A stretch of DNA of 64,000 nucleotides from the human T2T-CHM13v2.0 reference genome, Homo sapiens. The stretch lies in NCBI RefSeq assembly GCF_009914755.1, contig NC_060930.1. One strand, written 5' to 3'. The stretch's first letter is position 1, and each line of letters opens with the position of its first letter. A model generated the notes under the pieces. That model searched no databases and was not told the origin of the DNA. It saw only the letters and a program-made list of their open reading frames with translations. This document shows, piece by piece, positions 16,830-33,149 of this stretch. A program made the translations under genes and the position numbers.

Positions 16830-18329
16830 TAAGAACAGGCCCAGAAACGATTTATACTGTCCCTCCACGTAAGCCCTGCAAAACCCTTCTACATTTACAT
16901 AAAATCCACACAGCTGAGGCATCAGCACCTGCCTCTAAGTTTTCTGAAGGAGGAAAAAAGCTACAAAAATTAATATATGTATATATACATATATATTTTT
17001 ATAGGTTCTCTACTGTGAAAATGACAAAAATTGCTGTCTTTTTCTTGATCTGGGCAGCTCCATCAAAATCTGTAGGCACAGTGATTTGCACCAAGTTCCA
17101 ATATTGCTGGAAAATACTGAAGATGCTCTGAGGATTTCTATGGATATCCATTGTCTCATTGTCAGATGAAAAGAGGGGGAAGTTTTTAGAAATGTGACAC
17201 TTTCTGGGTTGGGAGAGCAAGGACAAAATTATCTCCAGTCTATCACAGGCACAGATTCTTTTTCTTTGGACACTTTCGTGAATCATTGAATTCAATGCAG
17301 AGGCTACTCATCCATTCGCAAACAAAAAAATTCTAGGTCATGATCCCCATAAATGAAGAGTGATCAGTCCAATCCCAGGGAACCTGGACATTTTGGGTAT
17401 TGTTTCAGTGGAACATGCCTTTCATAAGTTCCATTTTCTTGGGTATCTCTTAGGAAGCAAGCATAGGAAACAGGCCCATCCGTCTGCCTGTTTTGCTTCC
17501 TCATCTCACTTCTACACGAGGGCGCCTGTGCTCAATTGCTGTTTTCCCCTAAAGAGACTCTTTTCCATAAGTTTGTGAAATGCCATCGACAAACCTGATC
17601 GCATTGCATTTCACTCTGCTGTTGAGTCGATTTTTCTTTATTTTATCATTTAGTAACTCCTTGCTCTACAGAGCTTTCACCTTCCACATATTTCAGATTC
17701 ATTCTTTCCTAAACTATGTGGTGGTCTACGTCCTCACTGACTTATCAACATGCTACCATCATGCACTTCCTATCTCTATTCCTCTTCTTTAAATTTGGTT
17801 CCAAATGGCTCACACCATTATTCTGAGCTATTACCTGCCTACGCAGTCCTAGAAAGTAAGTGATTCAGGAAACATTCCCCAAAAGTAAAGTTTCTCAGGT
17901 AAGATCAGAAGACTCCCATGAGTCACTGCTGCTCAGGATCACATCTGGCTCCTTGAAGAGTGATTCATCAGACCTTACATAGATCTTGTCATAAAAATGA
18001 AAGAGGCCTCGGGGGAAGGTCTTGGGCTGGTGGCTTCTGTTGGAGTCCTGGGCTGTGGGGTGAAAGCCGTGGCTGTAGAGCTTCATGCGGAGTTACTTAG
18101 CTTTGCTCTCCTGTGGACAGGCCATGCCTGTGCCTCCCCCAAGCATCGGAAAAATTGGCATAGATGGGCCCTTCTCAAAAATCCCACTCCTGGAGCACTG
18201 GCCAAAATTACTACCATCCTGATGCTGGGCTTGCAGTCCTTTCCTTTGGGAATATGAACATGGTCAAAATTAAGTGAACGTGTCTTTCTGGCTTTCTGTA
18301 CAATGGAGCAGAACAAAGTATCAATTTAA

Positions 18330-18440
<111 letters not shown>

Positions 18441-18751
18441 TAGGGGACAATTGACATGAAGTCTTGTCTTAAATACTTTTTCTGTCCTTCTTTTCCTCCT
18501 TTCCTCCTTTCCTTTCTCACTCTTCCTCCCTTCCTTCTCTGGCTGTGACACTAGGGACCAGGCCAGGGCAATTGGATAAGAGAGAAGGGAAGGGTTTCTA
18601 GAAAGAAACTGCAGAGGAAAGACACAGTACAGATGATTTTGTGGGCCTGAATAAACTGCAGAACAGAGCTGTTCACTACCATAGGCTGTATCAGTCTCTG
18701 CCCAAACAGCCCAAGAACATTCCTTAACTGCCTGTTTCAAGCAAATCATGA

Positions 18752-19183
<432 letters not shown>

Positions 19184-19434
19184 TAGCCCTGCCACATGCT
19201 AGCTGTGCTCTTGAGAAAGGCAGCAGGACTCCGTTTTCTCATGTGGAAAAAGAGTTGAAATGAGGTACTCTGTTACTCCTAGAACTCACTTAATGTTCAC
19301 CAGTTCATACACATTCATGATCAGAGAACGATTCAGTTATTCCAGGCTGACAATTCCCCCTTCATCATAATATGTTTAAGAGAATCATATAAGACTATAT
19401 TTGTTTCAAAGCACTTTAAAAACCACAAGATCGA

Positions 19435-19625
19435 GTTGGGTGTCTGGTGTGGGTGCCTGTAATCCCAGCTACTTGGGAGGCTGAGGCAGGAGGGTCACTT
19501 GAGTCCCGGAGTTTGAGGCTGCAGTGAGTTATGATCGTGTCACTGCATCAGCCTGGGCGACAGAGTAAGACACTGTACCAAAAAAAAAAACACCAAAAAA
19601 ACAAAAAACAAACAAAAAAAAAACA
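19435..19625 (+). mobile_element. Alu right monomer (FRAM/AluJ-like)
   Basis: Single Alu arm followed by an A/CAAAA tail. Confidence 0.85.
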
Positions 19626-21115
19626 ACTTCACAATGTCAAAAAAATCACAAATACAGTTTATAAATGTAAATTATATTATTATTATTGTCTTCTTTGATT
19701 TGATTTTCTCTTTCCTGTTGAAATGTTGTTTCACTAAGCCTGACAAAGTGAAACATTTGCTTATGTCACTCATTTAGTGCTGTTTGGAGCCAGATACTAG
19801 TTGAGTCAGCTAAGAAACAGCTATTTGTAGGAGAAGCAGGTTTGGGACAGGTGACAAGGCACGCAGGGCGCTCGCTGTGCTGGTGGTTCTGGAAGACAGG
19901 GTGTCAGTGTGGACAGGGATGAGCATGGCCTGGATGAGAAGGCACGGGGCAGGAGCCTGAGCTGCTCTCCTGGGCCTGGCCACAAGCCCAGGGCAGCTTC
20001 TCTGGGTCTGTGAACTGAGGGGTGATGTCCTGGGATGCTCTGACACTCTAGAAGGAGAGAAGAGCCTTTCCAGCTCAGCCTTTATAAACAGTAGCTGATC
20101 TCCCTCCTGCTCCCCAGTGTCCTCCCCGCCATCCCAGCAAATGTGCAAATAGAAGGTCCCCGTTCCTCATGATCCTCAGAGAGCTGGGGTGTTCTGATGG
20201 CTTGAACAAGTAATTTGGAAATTTTGGGTTTTGGAGGAGTTCTCTGATAGGCTGATACATTTCGAGTTTAGAGTTCCCACCCCACATCCCCACACCCCGA
20301 GTCTAGGGCATTTAGTGCTCCACCAGGGAACCTGTAGAGTGAGGACGTCTGCATGACAGGCTGGGCCTTCTGATGATGCTCAGAAGCAGAAAGTGTGCCT
20401 GCTTCAAAGTTGGTGACGATGATGTTTCTTGATCAGAATAGGGCATTTCTTATTTCCAATCCTTTATCCTCTTGAACTTACTAAAGTAGAATCAGGTCTA
20501 AAAACCGGAGTTCTAATGTTTGAGAGTCCCTGGGACTCTAAAGTATATGAATGTTCTTTGAAAACAAATACCATTTTGTTCAAGCAAAAGGCTTATTTCC
20601 AATCCTCTTTCATTTGGTATCAAGTATTTTACTGGATTCTTACAACTATGGCGTAGTAACATTCACTGAGGAGGAAATGGAGGATCCAAGGATGGAGCAA
20701 GTTGCTCTGGGCACACAACACATTTGCAATTTTACAGCCTCTTGGTGGCATCTCAGTCAGACATTCCATGCACTGATCAATGCCCTATTCGATTAATGTA
20801 AAAGGACACACTCAGCATGAGATTCCAGTTGTGCACAGAATATACATGAGAAGTGCGCCTTTGTCATCCCTACTTTCAAAGGTGAAGGCCACCAGCAGTA
20901 TCTTGCATGCAACTGATGCCTTTCAAATGAAACCTTACATCTGCATAGTCCATAGACAACCACAGGCAAATGTGAGGGTGAAACTCTGTGTTCTACGTTG
21001 CTCTGTGTCAGTGAAGCAAGGCAGTGCCAGTTCAGAGGGCTCTGGGGCCTCAAGACAGGGATGACTGGTTGTGGGTACTGCAGCTGCGAGCAGAGCAGTC
21101 AAACATAACTGCTGA

Positions 21116-21274
<159 letters not shown>

Positions 21275-21464
21275 TGACCTACAGTCCATGTGACAAAATG
21301 ATCATTTTGGAGAAAGCTGTGCAAATTCCTATCCATGAATGTGGTCCACCCCACTCCTGATTTTGCCTGGGCACCTGTCTATGTCTTAATCAGTCTTCAA
21401 GGCACATGATCAAAGGGAGGAAAACTGTGTCTTTGAGTCTCTCTCTCTCTCTCTGTTTTCAGAA

Positions 21465-24400
21465 CATTTTTATTTCAATTAATTAATTTTTAACTTTTAT
21501 TTTAGGTTCAGGGGTACATGTGCAAGTTTCTTGTATATGTAAACAGTGGTTTGTCATGCAGATTATTTTGTCACCTAGGTACTAACCCTAGTACCCAATT
21601 CTTAGTATTTCCTGCTCCTCTCCCTCCTCCCACTCTTCTCCCTCAAGTAGGCCCCAGTGTCTGTTGCTCTCTTCTTTGTGTCCATGAGTTCTCATCACTT
21701 AGCTCCCACTTATAACTGTGAACATGTGGTATTTGGTTTTCTGTTCCTGTGTTAGTTTTCTAAGAATAACGGCCTCCAGCTCCATTCATGTTCCTGTAAA
21801 AGATATTACCTCATTCTTTCTTATGGCTAAACAGTATTCCATGGTGTATATGTACCACATTTTCTTCATCCAATGTGTCATTGATGGTCATATAGGTGAT
21901 TCCATGTCTTTGCTACTGTGAATAGTGCTGCAATGAACATTCATGTGCATGTGTCTTTAGGGTAGAATGATTTATATTCCTCTAGGTATATCGCCAGTAG
22001 TAGGATTGCTGGGTTGAAAGTTAGTTCTGCTTTTAGCTCTTTGAGAATCACCATACTGCTTTCTACAGTGGATGAACTAATTTACAGTCCCACCAGCTGT
22101 TAGTGTTCTCTTTTCTCTGCAACCTTGCCAGCATCTGTTATTTTTTGACTTTTTAGGAAGCCATTCTGGCTGGTGTGAGATGATTTTTCATTGTGGTTTT
22201 GATTTGCATTTCTCTAACGATCAGTGATATTGAGCTTTTTTTCATATGTTTGTTGGCCACAGGCATGTCTTCTTTAGAAAAGTGTGTTAGTGTCCCCTGT
22301 CCATTTTTTAATGGGGTTTTTTTTTTCTTGTAAATTTGTTTAAGTTCCTCATAGATGCTGGATATTAGACCTTTTTCAGGTGCATAGTTTGCAAATATTT
22401 TCTCCTGTTCTCTAGGTTTTCCCTTTACTCCCTTGAGAGTTTCTTTTTCTGTCCAGAAGCTCTTAAGTTTAATTAGATCCCATTTGTCAATTTTTGCCTT
22501 TGTTGAGATTGCTTTTGGCATCTTCATGAAATTTTTGCCCGTTCCTATGTCCAGGATGGTGTTGCCTAGGTTGTCTTCCAGGATTTTTGTACTTTTGGAT
22601 TTTACATTTAAGTCTTTAATCCATCTTGAGTTGATTTCTGTATATGGTGTAAGGAAAGGGGTCCAGTTTCCATCTTCTACATATGGCTAGCCAGTTACCC
22701 CAGCACCATTTATTGAATAGGGAGTTATTTTCCCATTGCTTGTTTTTGTCAGCTTTGTTAAAAATCAGATGTCTGTAGGTGTGTGGCCTTATTTCTGGGC
22801 TCTCTATTCTGTTCCACTGGTCTACGTGTCTTTTTTTTTTTTTTTACCAGTACCATGCTGTTTTTGTTACTGTAGCCCTGAAGTATAGTTTGAAGCCAGG
22901 TAATGTGATGTCTCCAGCTTTGTTCTTTTTGTTTAGGATTGCCTTGGCTATTCTGGCTCCTTTTTGGTTATATATAAATTTTTGAAGTAGTTTTTTAATA
23001 GTGCTGTGAAGAATATCATTGGCAGTTTGATAGGAATAGCAATGAATCTGTAAATTACTTTGGGCAGTATGGACATTTTAATGATATTGATTCTTCCAAT
23101 CCATGAGCATGGGATGTTTTTCCATTCATTTGTGTCATCTCTGATTTCTTTGAGCAGTGTTTTGTAATTCTTATTGTAGAGATCTTTACCTCTCTGGTTA
23201 GCTGTATTCTTACATATTTTATTCTTTTTGTGGCATTTGTGAATGGGACTGTGTTCCTGATTTGCCTCTGGGCTTGGCTGTTGTTGGTGTAAAGGGATGC
23301 TAGTGATTTTTGTACATTGATTTTATATCCTGAAACTTTGCTGGAGTTGATTATCAGCTGAAGGAGCTTTTGGGCTGAGACTATGGGGTTTTCTAGACAT
23401 AGAGTCATGTCATCTGCCAACAGGGATCGTTTGATTTCCTCTCTTCCTATCTGGATGCCCTTTATTTCTTTCTCTTGCCTGATTGCTCTGACCAGGGCTT
23501 CCAATACTATGTTGAATAGGAGTGGTGAAAGAGGGCATCCTTATCTTGTGCCAGTTTTCAAGGGGAATGCTTCCAGCTTTTGCCCATTTAGTATGATGTT
23601 GGCTGTGGACTTGTCATAGCTGTCTCTTATTATTTTGAGATATATTCCTTCAGTACCTAGTTTATTGAGAGTTTTCAATATAAAGGATGGTAAATTTTAT
23701 CAAAATCCTTTTCTGCATCTATTGAGATAATCATGTGGGTTTTCTCTTTAGTTATATTTATGTGATGAATCACATTTATTGATTTATGTATGTTGAACCA
23801 AGCTTACATTCTGGGGATAAAGCCTACTTGATCACGATGGATTGGCTTTTTTATGTGCTGCTGGATTTGGTTTGCAAGTATTTTGTAAAGGATTTTTGCA
23901 TCAGTGTTCATCAAGGATATTGGCCTGAAGTTTTTTGTTGTTTTTGTGTCTCTGCCAGGTTTTGGTATCAGGATGATGCTGACCTCATAGAATGAATTGG
24001 AGAGGAGACCCTCCTCCTCAGTTTTTTTGAACGGTTTCAGTAGGAATGGTCATAGCTCTTCTTTGTACATCTGGTGGAATTCAGCTGTGAATCTATCTGG
24101 TCCTGGGCTTTTGTTGGTTAGTAGGCTATTTATTACTGATTCAATTTTGGAGCTCATTATTGTTCTGTTCAGGGAATCAATTTCTTCCTGGTTCAGTCTT
24201 GGGAGGGTGTATGTGTCCAGGAATTTATCCATCTCTTTTAGGTTTTCTAGTTTGTGTGCATGGAGCTGTTTGTAGTAGTTTCTGATGGTTATTTTTATTT
24301 TTGTGGCATCAGTGCTAACATCCCCTTTGTCATTTCTAATTGTGTTTATTTTGGTCTTATCTTCCTTTTCTTCATTAGCCTAGCTAGCAGCCTACCTATC

Positions 24401-26680
24401 TTATTACTGTTTTCAAAAAACCAACTACTGGACTTGTTGATCTTTTGAATGAATTTTCATGTCTTGACTTTCTTCAGTTCAGCTCTGATTTTGGTTATTT
24501 CTTGCCATCTGCTAGCTTTGGGGTTGATTTGCTCTTGTTTCTCTAATTTTTTCCATTGTGATGTTAGGTTCTTAATTTGAGATCTTTCTTCTTGATGCTA
24601 GCATTTGGTGCTATGAATTTCTCTCTTAACACTACCTTAGCTCTGTCCAAGAGATTCTGGTATGTTGTATCTTTATTCTCATTAGTTCAAAGAACTTCCT
24701 GATTTCTGCCATAATTTCATTATTCACCCAAAAGTCATTCAGGAGCATGTTGTTTGATTTCCATGTAATTGTACGGTTTTGAGTTATTTTCTTAGTCTTG
24801 ACTGGTATTTCATTGTGCTGTGGTCTGAGAGTGTGTTTGGTATGATTTTGGTTCTTTGGCACTTGCTGAAGATTGTTTTATGTCCAATTATGTGGTTGAT
24901 TTTTAGAGTATGTGCCACATGGTGATGAAAATGTACATTCAGTTGTTTTGGGAAAGAGAGTTGTGTAGAGGTCTATCAGATCCATTTGGTCCAATGCTGA
25001 GTTCAGGTCCTGAATATCTTTGTTAATTTTGTGCCTCGATGATCTGTCTAATACTGTCAGTGGAGTACTGAAGTCTCCCACTATTATTTTGTGGGCGTCT
25101 AAGTCTCTTTGTAGGTCTCTAAGAACTTTATGAAGCTGGGTGCTCTTGTGTTGGGTTCACATGTATTTAGGATAGTAGATCTTCTTTTTGAATTGAACCC
25201 TTTACCATTATGTAATGCCCTTCTTTGTCTTTTTTGGTCTTTGTTGGTTTAAAGTCTGTTTTGTCTGAAATTAGGATGGCAACCTTTGCTTTTTTGTCTG
25301 ATTTCCATTTGCTTGGTAGGTTCTCCTCCATCCCTTTATTCTGAGCCTATGGGTGTCATTACATGTGAGATGGGTCTCTTGAAGGTAGCATACCAGTGGG
25401 TCTTGCTTTTTATCCAGCTTGCCACTCTGTGCCTCTTAAGTTGGGCATTTAGCCCATTTACATTCAAGGTTAGTATTGCTATGTGTGAATTTGATGCCCT
25501 CATTGTGTTGTTATGCTGGCTTGTTTGTGTGATGGTTTTATAGTGTCATTGGTCTGCGTATTTAAGTATATTTTTGTATTGGCTGGTAGCCATCTTGCTA
25601 TAGTTAGTGCTTCTTTCAAGATCTCTTGTAAGGCAGTTCTGGTGGTAACCAACTCCCTCAACATTTGCTTAGCTGAAAATGATCTTATTTCTCTGTTGCT
25701 TAGGAAGCTTAGTTTGGCTGGATATGAAATTCTTGGGTGGATATTTTTTAAGAATATTGAATATAGGCCCCAATATCTTCTAGCTTGTACGGGTTCAGTT
25801 GAGAGGTATGCTGTTAGATTGATGGGGTTCCCTTTGTAGACGACCTGTCCTTTCTCTCTAGCTGCCTTTAACATTCTGTCTTTCATTTTGACCTTGGAAA
25901 ATCTGATGATTATGTGTCTTGAGGATGATCTTCTTGTATAGAATCTCACAGGGGTTCTCTGTATTTTCTAAATTTGACTATTGGCCTCTCTAGCAAGGTT
26001 GAAGAAGTTTTCATGGACAATATCCTGAAATGTTTTCTAAATTGTTTACTTTCTCCCCATCCCTTTCAGAAATGCCAGTGATTTGTAGATTTGGCCTTTT
26101 TACATAATCCCATGTTTCTTGGAGGCTTTGTTCATTCCTTTTCATTCTTTTTTCTTAATTTTTGTCAACTGTCTTATTTCAGAAAGCCAGTCTTCCATTT
26201 CTGAGATTCTTTCCTCAGCTTGGTTTATTTTGCTGTTAATACTTGGATTGCTTTGTGAAATTCTTACAGTTTGTTTCTCAGCTCTCAGCTCTGTCAGATC
26301 CATTAGGTTCTTTTTTAAACCAGTGATTTTGTCTTTCAGCTTCTATATCATTTTATTGTGATCCTCAATTTCCTTGGATTGGATTTTGCCATCCTCCTGG
26401 ATCTTGATGATCTTCATTCCTATCCATAGTCTGAATTCCAGTTCTATCATTTCAGCCAGCTCAGCCTTGTTAAGAACCCTTGTTAGAGAACTAGTGTGGT
26501 TGTTTGGAGGACATATGGCACTCCGGCCTTTATGTTCCTTTAACTGCAGTGTAGGTTGAATACAGCCAATAGACTTGTTCTTTGGATGTTTTTACAGGGC
26601 CAAAGCCTTGTGCAGGGTCTTTATTTGTAGTTGATTTCTTGTCTTTGGTTTCATAGTGTGGTATGTTAGCAAGGTATTTT
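21465..26680 (-). mobile_element. L1PA (older primate subfamily), antisense in PLG intron 17, multiply deleted
   Basis: Minus-strand ORF fragments match L1 ORF2 ([33 protein letters not shown]) and ORF1 (RHIIIRFSKV...KAAREKGQV); L1PA 3' end near 21465. Confidence 0.92.
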
Positions 26681-27843
26681 TGGTGTTGAAGCTTTGGGGT
26701 GTGATCCATTTTTTATTTGTATATTTCCCTACACCTAAAACAAGCAAAAAAACAGTAAAGGTCTTTGAGTCTCTTAATCCATAATTTCAGCATTCCTGAG
26801 TATGCTTCCCTGGGTAAGTGGGGTTTTCACCCAGCCCTCAAGTTAAGAGTGTTAGATTATTTTTCATGTGAAATTAGCCAGACTGGCTTTCTTAACACAA
26901 TGTAAAACAATAACAACAAAAGTTATAATTAGACTAGTCTTCTTCCCAAATACCCACATGTCTAATGTAAGTGGGATGGTGTTAAACAGGGGACCTACAA
27001 CTGGGGGAGAGGCGGACAGGTCCCATGGCCCCAGGTCTAGGATGGCATTTGGTATTGGTTGATGGGTGTGGATGAGAACAAGAGAGGGAACACTTGTGCA
27101 GGATATGGTATCAGCACCTGTAATACATTTTAGGGATTCTTTCTTCTCTTTGCAGTATGCCCTGACAATAATTATATCCATCAGCCTAGTCCCCTTGGCC
27201 ATTGAAACACTAAGACTGTCTTAGGATCCCTGCTGCAGTTTCTCAGAGGTGCTAGGAGGGCATTAGGAGTCTGAAGCCCTGGAAGTGTGTTCTGACTTTG
27301 CCACTAGCTAGATAGACCTGGACTAGGCACATTACCTCTTTGTACCACTCAGCTCTAACCCCTCATTCAAAAACCCAGCATTTTCAAGTGGTGTTTTTCA
27401 CATCAGCCTTTGCATAAGTTTTCATTTGAAGAAAGGTTTTTTTGTTTTTGTTTTCTTGGTTTAATCAAACATTTAAAAACGAATGGTCTAGATGATTTCA
27501 AAGTGGCTTTCCTTTTCCTGTGCTTTTCCTACTATTTAAAAACTTCACCTCCTTGATTTCTTGATCTCCCTTTCTGCACTGCTGGGTCTGGGAGCATTGA
27601 GGCCAAGTAAAAGGAACCTTGGCAAAGGAGGAACACCTATGGGTGTGCCAGGCTGCTCCCAGTGTTTTGCATTTTTAAAAATTTAAATGCTGCAAACCTC
27701 TATGAATTACATATTATTGTTCCTAGTTTACAAATGAGGAGCCTGAGTCTCAGAGAATGTGTGGGATGGTACAGACTAACCTGAATTAGAACCCTGGCTC
27801 CCATTTACTGGCTGTCAGGACTTAGAAAAGTCATAAACTCTCT

Positions 27844-28507
<664 letters not shown>

Positions 28508-28999
28508 CTAACATGACTCTTTCTTGCAAGTGACAGAAAATGCAACTTAAGTTGGATTAAGCAAAAAAGAGAAATTATTAGTGAACTGAAAATTCTGCAG
28601 GCTCACATCATGGCCCCAGACCCTGTCCATTATTCTTGGGCACAAATGTGATATTCTCGTGGCTGCAGATGCTGTGGTGGCTCTGGCTCTGCCAGGAAAA
28701 GAAATAAGGAAGGCCACTCTCCCCATTACACAAACAATAGTCTTCCAGCTCTGAGAGGTCGAACTTGTGTCACCAGCCTGCCCCTAAACCCGTCACTGAT
28801 TAACTCCAACCTGCATCAGCTGTTCCATGCTGGAGGTGGACGCAGGACCACACTCATACCAAGATGGGGGCAAAGTGTAGTTCCCTCAACAGGATTATAG
28901 GATATAGTGTGATAGGCTGCTGGGCAGCCAAAAAGCAAACAGATCCTCTACAATTCCTCAACTGATGAAAGCACGAAGCTAAAATCATAAAGATCTGTG

Positions 29000-29112
29000 T
29001 GTGAGTTCTGGCTCTCCCATCTTCCTTGTGAGATTGAGCAGTTAGTTAATCTCTTTTAGCCTCAGCTTTCTCACCTGTACCAACATATAAGGTCATTGTG
29101 AGGATTAAGATT
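29000..29112 (+). mobile_element. MIR fragment
   Basis: GCCTCAGCTTTCTCACCTGTA...GTGAGGATTAAGA resembles the MIR core. Confidence 0.6.
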
Positions 29113-29118
29113 ATGCCT

Positions 29119-29815
29119 CATGATCATCATTATCATCATCACCATCCACATTGCAACCACAACTACCATCATCATCCCCACCAACATCATCACCACCACC
29201 ACCATCACAATTATCATTACCACCACCACCATTGTCACCCTCAACATCACCATCATCACTATCACCACCACCATCATCATCACTACCACTACCAACACCA
29301 TCACTCTCATCATTCCACCACCATCACCATTAACATTACCATCACTATCATCACCACCACCACCACCACCCCCATCATTACTGCCATCAACATCACCATC
29401 ACCATCATCACCACCATCACCATCATTATCAACCATCATCACCACCATTCCACCACCATCACCATTATCATCACTACCATTATCACCACCACCATCATCA
29501 CCACCACCACTACCACCACCATCACCACCATCATCACCATAACCATCATCACCACTATCAACATGATAGTAATTATGATTACCACCACCATTAGCATTAT
29601 CATTACCACCACCAGTACCATCACCATCACCACCGCCACCACCTCCATGATCATTACTACCCACCACCATCACCGTCACCATCATTTCACTACCAGCACA
29701 ATTATCATTACCACCACCATCACTACCACCCTTATCACAACCCTCATCATCACCACCATTCCACCACTGCCACCACCATCATGACCACCACCACCACCAC
29801 CATCACTATCATTAA
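29119..29815. repeat. About 700-bp degenerate (CAC/CAT)n trinucleotide repeat
   Basis: Seen directly; produces the His-, Thr/Ile- and Pro/Ser-rich ORFs in the track. Confidence 0.95.
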
Positions 29816-31739
29816 CAATAGACATCACATAACCAGTTTGTAGCTGGACCTTGAGCCCAGAGCCCACTCACTGTTTCTTCAGTCCCACCGCCAACCACCA
29901 GGATGAGTCACAAAACATAACTCAGGCCTGCTCCTCAATTTTCTACATGTCAATAATGACATTGAAGCAATGGGTGTTCTCTGCTTCTCAGAGGGAAGTT
30001 GAAATTCTCCTGCTCTTCCCTTCATGTTTCCAGATGTTCCCTGACTTGGATATTCCAAACGCAGAGTTTGGAGGTGTTGAGGCCAAGGGGTTTTTCCAGG
30101 TCAGCCATCATCTGCAATCACTGAGCTGATCCTGCTGCTGGACTTTCCCTGTTGCCCTCTCCCCAACGCCCCATCGGGGAGGGCTTCAATCCTCAGGTCA
30201 CCTGTGGCCTTTCTGCCCTCAGAGGTGCCATCTCTACATCTACCACTGGAAGGCAGCACCTACTCACAGATTGCATCAATTTCCCAGCAACTCATGGTGG
30301 GTTTTCCCCCTTATCAGCGTGTTTGCCTTGCTCAGAGAGCAGATCCCAGAGCAGTGACACCTAACTTAATTTTCAGCAAAACATTTTGAGAAGGGTGCTC
30401 CCTCACACAACTACACAGTCCAGGTGATGCACCCACTGCCCAATGCTTGGTAGTCAAGAGGAGCTTCCTCCCTGCAGCTCTGCCCAGATAGGGCTGAGCT
30501 GGGCTCTGGAGCGAGGCGCTGGGATGAGCCTCTTCCATGCTGCTCATGTAAACTCCAGATTCAGTGTCGGTTTTCTGAACCCGAGACAATGATCTAAATG
30601 CAGTCGAAGGCTTTGGGGAAAGAGAGAGTGCCTCGGTTCTTACCTGTGTCATGCTCGCAAAGCAAAGAGTTTTGCAAAATTTTAATGAAACCTGGGCTTG
30701 CAAAATTGGAAAACTAGATTATTTGTGACGACACTGAGACATCCCTGGGCATGTCTATCTGGAAAAATGGCATTTTCTCTGGCAATTTTGCAGACATTCT
30801 ATTTCAATTTGGCAAAGAAAATAAAGCAGTTTTTCACAAAGGCAGAAATACAACTAGAATGTTCACTCTCCCTAATTGTCAAAGAAGTGTAAATTAGAAA
30901 ATGAATCAGGACAATTTCAACCTATTAGATTAGCTAATATTTTAAAAATTGAAGACTCATACAAGTGAGGTGAAGTGATTGTTTTCTAGTGGCACGGTAC
31001 ACTGTCACACCCTTTTAGAAAATAATTTGGCAACGTTATTGGGAGACAGAAATATGTCTATGTAATTTATGGGAACTTAGACTCAGAAAATGTTAAGGAA
31101 TAAGAATGAACTTTATGAACAAAGATGTGGAAAGCTGGAAGCAAGAGTGGGGCCAACACGCATGGGGAGGAAGCATTTGGGCAGTGACTCCACAGACCCA
31201 GGCTCAGGCTGAACTACACAACCTCCTTACGCCTCAGTTTCCTTAACAGTAGAACAGAAATGATAAAAGTGCCTGTTTCACAGGACTATTGCGAGGATTA
31301 AGTGAGATACATCGCATTATAAGCTTGTGTCTGGAAAGGTTAATTCTTGGTAAATGATGACTATTCTTTTTTATTGCAATAAAATATACAAAACATAAGG
31401 TTTACTATTTTAACCATTTTGGAAGGTACCACTGAGTGGCATTTAGTACATTCACAATCATGTGCAACCATCATCATATTTCCAGAACATTTTCCTCATT
31501 CCCAAAGGAAACCTCATGTTCATTAAGCAGTAGCTCCCCTTAACATATTAGTTATGAAGATCATAGCATTATACAAAACTCATGACACAATGATGAGTGA
31601 AAAAATCAAGATGTGAAATTTTGTGTTATGATGTAATTAGTAAAAGAAGCATATTAAAACATCTGAAAAAAGAGTATATAAAAATAGCAATTGCATTTTT
31701 CAGACTCTACATTTTAAACATTATTCTTTATAGTTTTAA

Positions 31740-32279
<540 letters not shown>

Positions 32280-32780
32280 TAGATCTGTCCCTGAATGCGT
32301 ATTCAGATCATCTAAGGGGATGTCTTGGGGCTTGAGTTCCAAATCAGTAGCAAGCGAGTTTTAAGTGCCATAACTACCTCAGGCCACTCACCCTCCTGGG
32401 GTGTGCTGGTGGCCAGGGACTAAAGTGGTGACTTTTCCGGTAGGGAAGGAGGTAGAGGGTACAGGACAGAGACCAACTGCACACACTTTACACTGATGCC
32501 CAGGCTAGCCCAGTCTAAAGGAAACACCAACATAGGAAGGGATGTGTGCAGGATTCACAAAAGATCTTTTCTACCCCCCGGAAAAACTAAGTGGTGTGGT
32601 TTCGCTAAACAGATTTTGCTAAGTACTTAAGCACTGCAGATGCTTGAGTAATATGCTCATAAGTTCCTTTCTGATTTCAATTACTGGGAAAATGTATATA
32701 TGGATAGTAGAAGGATGGCATCCCATAATAAAAGGCAGGCAGCCTAACCCTCACATGCATTTTTCTCTCCCTCTGTATAG

Positions 32781-32942
<162 letters not shown>

Positions 32943-33143
32943 TTGGACGGGAGACAGAGTGACGCACTGACTCACCTAGAGGCTGGGACGTGGGTAGGGA
33001 TTTAGCATGCTGGAAATAACTGGCAGTAATCAAACGAAGACACTGTCCCCAGCTACCAGCTACGCCAAACCTCGGCATTTTTTGTGTTATTTTCTGACTG
33101 CTGGATTCTGTAGTAAGGTGACATAGCTATGACATTTGTTAAA

Positions 33144-33149
33144 AATAAA
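33144..33149 (+). terminator. PLG: Proximal PLG polyadenylation signal AATAAA
   Basis: AATAAA about 200 nt after the stop, followed by a GT/T-rich tract (TTTTGGTTTTGGTC). Confidence 0.8.

Noticed and set aside
21465-26680. Intron 17 L1 as a retrotransposition-competent element
   Set aside because: Older subfamily, fragmented ORFs, multiple internal deletions
29071-29867. His-rich and Gly/Asp-rich ORFs up to 228 aa
   Set aside because: Translation of a trinucleotide microsatellite, not a gene
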